24,432 bases of DNA, taken from Octopus sinensis. Taxonomy: Eukaryota. The stretch lies in contig NW_021835635.1 in the NCBI RefSeq assembly GCF_006345805.1, forward strand, positions 1 through 24,432, given 5' to 3'. A program made the translations under genes and the position numbers. Below, piece after piece: positions 20,731 to 24,432 of this stretch. Each line of letters begins with the position of its first letter. Position 1 is the first letter of the stretch. The notes under the pieces were generated by a model. It was not told the DNA's origin. It saw only the letters and a program-made list of their open reading frames with translations, and searched no databases.

Positions 20731-21161
20731 TAACAACAAACAAGGTGAGGACATTTTAAATAATGTAATGATTGACATGCCCAAGGTCTGGTAATTTAAT
20801 TTTAATGAATGCTCAACTTGATTATTATTATTAACCCAAATACGTTTGGAATGGTTTGTCGGAAACCATTTTGACAGAAACGGACTTTGAGCAATCATCA
20901 GCGAGTTCAACACAACATCAAAGGAATATTTTCTTGTCAGTTTGGACTACAAAAACAAATACTAAAAGACAGATTGAAAGTTGTTGTAAGGAAGAAACAT
21001 ACGAAGATTCAATAATTTCATTCCCGCTTAGAATGCAGCTGTTCCTTCTGTTACCAATCCACCCGTGACTACCCCCTTTTCTTTTTTTTTATAGTAATTT
21101 AAATCATAATCTTTTTTATTCAGATTTCATTATTCAACACCAGTTGAATAATGAATGATAG

Positions 21162-21350
21162 TTTTTATCTTTTATCTTATACTTGTTTCAGTCATTAGAC
21201 TTCGGCCATGCTGGGGCACCGCCGTGAAGAATTTTTAGTCGAATAAATCGACCACGCCGAACCGCTAAATTAATGGAACACAAACACACCAGCACGGGTT
21301 GTCAAGCGGTGGTGGGGGGACAAACACACACACACACACACATACACACA
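21162..21350 (-). mobile_element. 3' half of SINE family B, internally deleted
   Basis: CTTGTTTCAGTCATTAGACTTCGGCCATGCTGGGGCACCGCC...GTTGTCAAGCGGTGGTGGGGGGACAAACAC. Confidence 0.75.
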
Positions 21351-21468
21351 TATAAAACCACAATTCTTTTTTTTCTTTTTTGAGCGTCTCATTAATACTT
21401 TACATGTATTACGTCGTTGCGTCCTTGTTTATTTCTTGCCTTTTTTCTCTTTTTTTTATAATTAGTTA

Positions 21469-21512
<44 letters not shown>

Positions 21513-21661
21513 TAGTTCATGAAATCATAGTCGTTTATATTTAACATTTTGGTAGGCCGTTCTATTTCCATTTTATTCGATTATATACTTTTACCTTCTG
21601 TGATTTTATGAATATGTATTACTTTTTATATGTTTGGGAACCGTGGTATTTGTTATATATA

Positions 21662-22985
21662 ACTAGCAGAGATACCCGGCGTTGCCCGGTTACATTCAAT
21701 TGAAGAATTAGACTTTTCTGTTATATCTTCTGAAATGAACTGGAATATCTATGTTTCGAATTTCATCAAAATTGCAGATGAGGGTTATTTCCCTCTTTAC
21801 TCACCCTAAAAAATTTGTAATCGTGCCACATGTATCCCATACTACTGATTTTTATGCGCATATTCCAAAATTCCAGTCTTATTGAACCTGTTAAAAAGAC
21901 TTTGCTCTTGAAAAATGAAAGGTCATGGAGCTCTAAAATGTGAGAGTTAAGGCCCCTGTTGGTGGGGGGGGGGCATCTTAAGGTCAACCAGAGAAGTTTA
22001 ATTGTTGAAAATCTTTTTAACTTGGGTCTTATATCTATTGTTTGAATTTATCTCAGATAGGAAATATATGTTCACTGGGTTTGTAAAAGAGAGCAAAGCT
22101 ACAGGAAACCAAAAGACGAATGATCACAATAAGCAGTCAGTTACCCTACCCTAGTCGTTACCACTCCCAATGTAGGATTCCTCACCATCCAGGTGACAGG
22201 CACAGTCGTAAGATGCATTACGAATCTATAGCAATTGGAGGCGCGTGACCCAACTGAAATCAACCTTAACAACTGTGTGATGTGAGGGCTAAGGAGAAAT
22301 TAAAGTGTCACCTCTGGAGTTTGCAGATGACCACTATACTGATACGTAACTGGACAGAATAAATGTAAAATCTATAAATGTCTTTGAATAACCAGTCACT
22401 CATTTGGCAAGGCCTTGAAATCAATGTTACCATCTGGGGACTATGTGTGACCCAGTGATAATAAAAAGACTGAAAGGAAGTCTGCAATCAAATAAATTTA
22501 CTCAACACTTTGCAACGGAATCAGTGGAGGCAAAGATGCCTCTCATTTACTTGACAATTTATGCAACACATTGCAGAAATCACAATGTAAGTGTATGTCA
22601 AAGCAAACTGTTACACTGTTGTACCATTGAATTAGAAATGATGCCCAACTTTTATGCTCGGGTAACCCTGCAGTTTCCAAGAGCACAACTGTATTCGTTT
22701 TTGCTTAGATAAAATGACAAAATTGTGGGTATTAAGTCCCCATGGAGGGGTCTTTCTAACTTTGTAAGAAGATGAAATTTTATAAATATTTCTTCATTTG
22801 TGTCTAATATCTATGGTTAAAATTTCATCAACAGCAAAAATATATGAATTGTCATGGGGGTTATGGCCTTTATGCATAGAATATAATTTCCAAATTTTAT
22901 AAAGATACATTCAGTACTTTTGACCAAGTTTGGATCATAAAAGAAATGACTAAAATTTGGGAGTTAAGGCTCCCATTAGAGTGTT

Positions 22986-22990
<5 letters not shown>
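21662..22990 (-). mobile_element. Non-autonomous Helitron-like element (3' terminus clear, far end uncertain)
   Basis: The minus strand ends ACCGGGCAACGCCGGGTATCTCTG-CTAG|T, a GC-rich subterminal hairpin followed by CTAG. AAATTTCATCA-type motifs recur at ~21769 and ~22821. Confidence 0.5.
22300..22560 (+). pseudogene. Possible highly decayed LINE RT remnant
   Basis: Scattered peptides LEFADD (~22314-22331), GLEINV (~22411-22428) and IYL in RT motif order; frames are broken. Confidence 0.3.
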
Positions 22991-23135
<145 letters not shown>

Positions 23136-23169
23136 AAAGATAAATTGATAGATACAACTTAGTGGGCAA

Positions 23170-23410
23170 ACAAAAATATGAGACACAGCCTAGTGCTTTT
23201 TTTATGTTGATAAGCCTAGTACTTATTCTATTAGTTTGTTCTTGTGAAACCAGTAAGTTATATGGATGTAAATGAATGAACAGCAGTTGTGAAGCAGGGA
23301 TGGGGGTGAAACACAAAGACAAACTCACACATATAAACTTACATATATGCATACATATATATACGATTAATTTGTTTCAGTTCCTGTCTACGAAATCCAT
23401 ATATATTGTT
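23170..23410 (-). mobile_element. Old, diverged SINE family B remnant
   Basis: GATAAGCCTAGTACTTATTCTATT and TTTCAGTTCCTGTCTACGAAATCC resemble the other copies. Confidence 0.5.
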
Positions 23411-23469
23411 GTTGGCATTCTTGTTGTCTCGGGAGAAAATGGAGTTGCGCATAAAATAATCTAGTCCGG

Positions 23470-24432
23470 CTTTTACATTTCATGTCCTAATACGTCTCCT
23501 GCTGTGGCTGTGTAGTCCTATCCTGGAGGAACACTCCCTCTGGCAGGTACCGCAAATGTAGCGAAGACTTTGCCTGGCTGGTTGTAATGTCATACTTTCT
23601 TGTTGACGTCTTTTCTTGTCTTTCCATTTCTCTCTCCCTCTATGTCCTCCTTTGTGTCCTCCCTCTTTTTGGTACGTCGCCAATCTCCACGGTTGCTGGC
23701 AACTGCTTCCCAGTTGGTAATATTGATGTTGCAGGCATTCATGTCCCTTTTGCAAGCATCCTTGTATCGTAAGAAGAAACGGTCTTCTACAGACCTAGTG
23801 CCCCTAGCAAGCTCTCCGTTGAGTATGTCTGGGGATTCTGCCATCTTCCATACGGCTACATGTCCAAGCCATCTCATACGTCTTTGTGTGAGGAGTGCAA
23901 ACATGCTTGGTATTCCTGCTTGCTTGAGGACATCCTTGTTGGGGACATGATTCTGCCATTTGATGCGAAGGATTTTCCGGAGGCAGCGCAGGTGAAAGAT
24001 ATTTAGGCGACGTATGGCGTCGTATGGCGTGTGTATGGCGTCCAAGTCTCACTTCCATACAGTAGAGGGCTAAGTACACATGTCTGGTAAATCTTCACTT
24101 TTGTGGTCTTGTCCCATGCCCGTTTGGAGAGTTGGGCCATCACAGTAGCTGCCTTGAGCTCAGCATCAAAGGATAGATTGTAAGTGACGGTAGAGCCAAG
24201 ATAGGTAAACTTCTCCATCTCCTGTAGTCTGTGGTCTCCAAAATGTATGTTTGGGATGTCCGATGTAGCCTGACCCATGATGTTGGTCTTCTTGAGGCTG
24301 ATAACTAAGTCAAAGTTGCCACATGCTTGCTCAAAACAGTTAATGAGCCTTTGTAGGGCTTCTTCTGTTTGTGATACCAGAGCGGCATCATCAGCAAATA
24401 GCATCTCCTTGATCAGGACGCTTCTAATTTTG
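23470..24432 (-). mobile_element. RTE-clade LINE, 3' part (RT C-terminus + C-terminal zinc-finger-like motif), degenerate; continues beyond the window
   Basis: MLFADDAALV, ISLKKT, FTYLGS, LLYGSETWT, FHLRCLRKILRIKWQ, RRMRWLGHV, ILNGEL..G.R, RYKDACKRDM, YICGTCQRECSSRIGLHSH. Confidence 0.9.

Larger units (their letters stand above)
20008..20767 (+). mobile_element. 5'-truncated Penelope-like element: inverted partial pLTR + GIY-YIG + tRNA-like segment + hammerhead tail
   Basis: 20065-20151 is the reverse complement of ~20661-20752. A GIY-YIG remnant lies between them. Outer limits are approximate. Confidence 0.8.

Noticed and set aside
20850-20950. Minus-strand peptide YSFDVVLNSL resembling the Penelope RT SFDV motif
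   Set aside because: A single short match with no other RT motifs, and in the wrong orientation relative to the adjacent element.

Overview
AT-rich eukaryotic DNA made almost entirely of transposon relics and microsatellites. The tRNA-derived SINE families, recognised from memory of consensus, point to an octopus or related cephalopod. No host protein-coding exon could be supported, and most ORFs in the track are translated microsatellites. Recognisable elements: a near-full-length CR1-clade LINE (~3850-8436, +) with ORF1, APE and RT, plus two further 3' copies (14292-14425 -, 18922-19250 +); a 5'-truncated R4/Dong-type RT-RLE element flanked by (TAA)n (11180-14035, -); the 3' part of an RTE LINE (23470-24432, -); Penelope-like (GIY-YIG) remnants; a Helitron-like terminus; and about ten SINE pieces. 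The most unusual signal is a set of five fold-back inverted repeats (2741-2867, 9869-10025, 16011-16611, 16823-17059, 20065-20752) and five minimal type I hammerhead-ribozyme motifs from three distinct families. One motif sits in a tRNA-like + hammerhead module directly behind a Penelope GIY-YIG ORF. There is also a SINE whose tRNA head appears inverted in a twin-priming-like geometry. Many LINE lesions are single-base indels, so some frameshifts and palindromes could be assembly artefacts.
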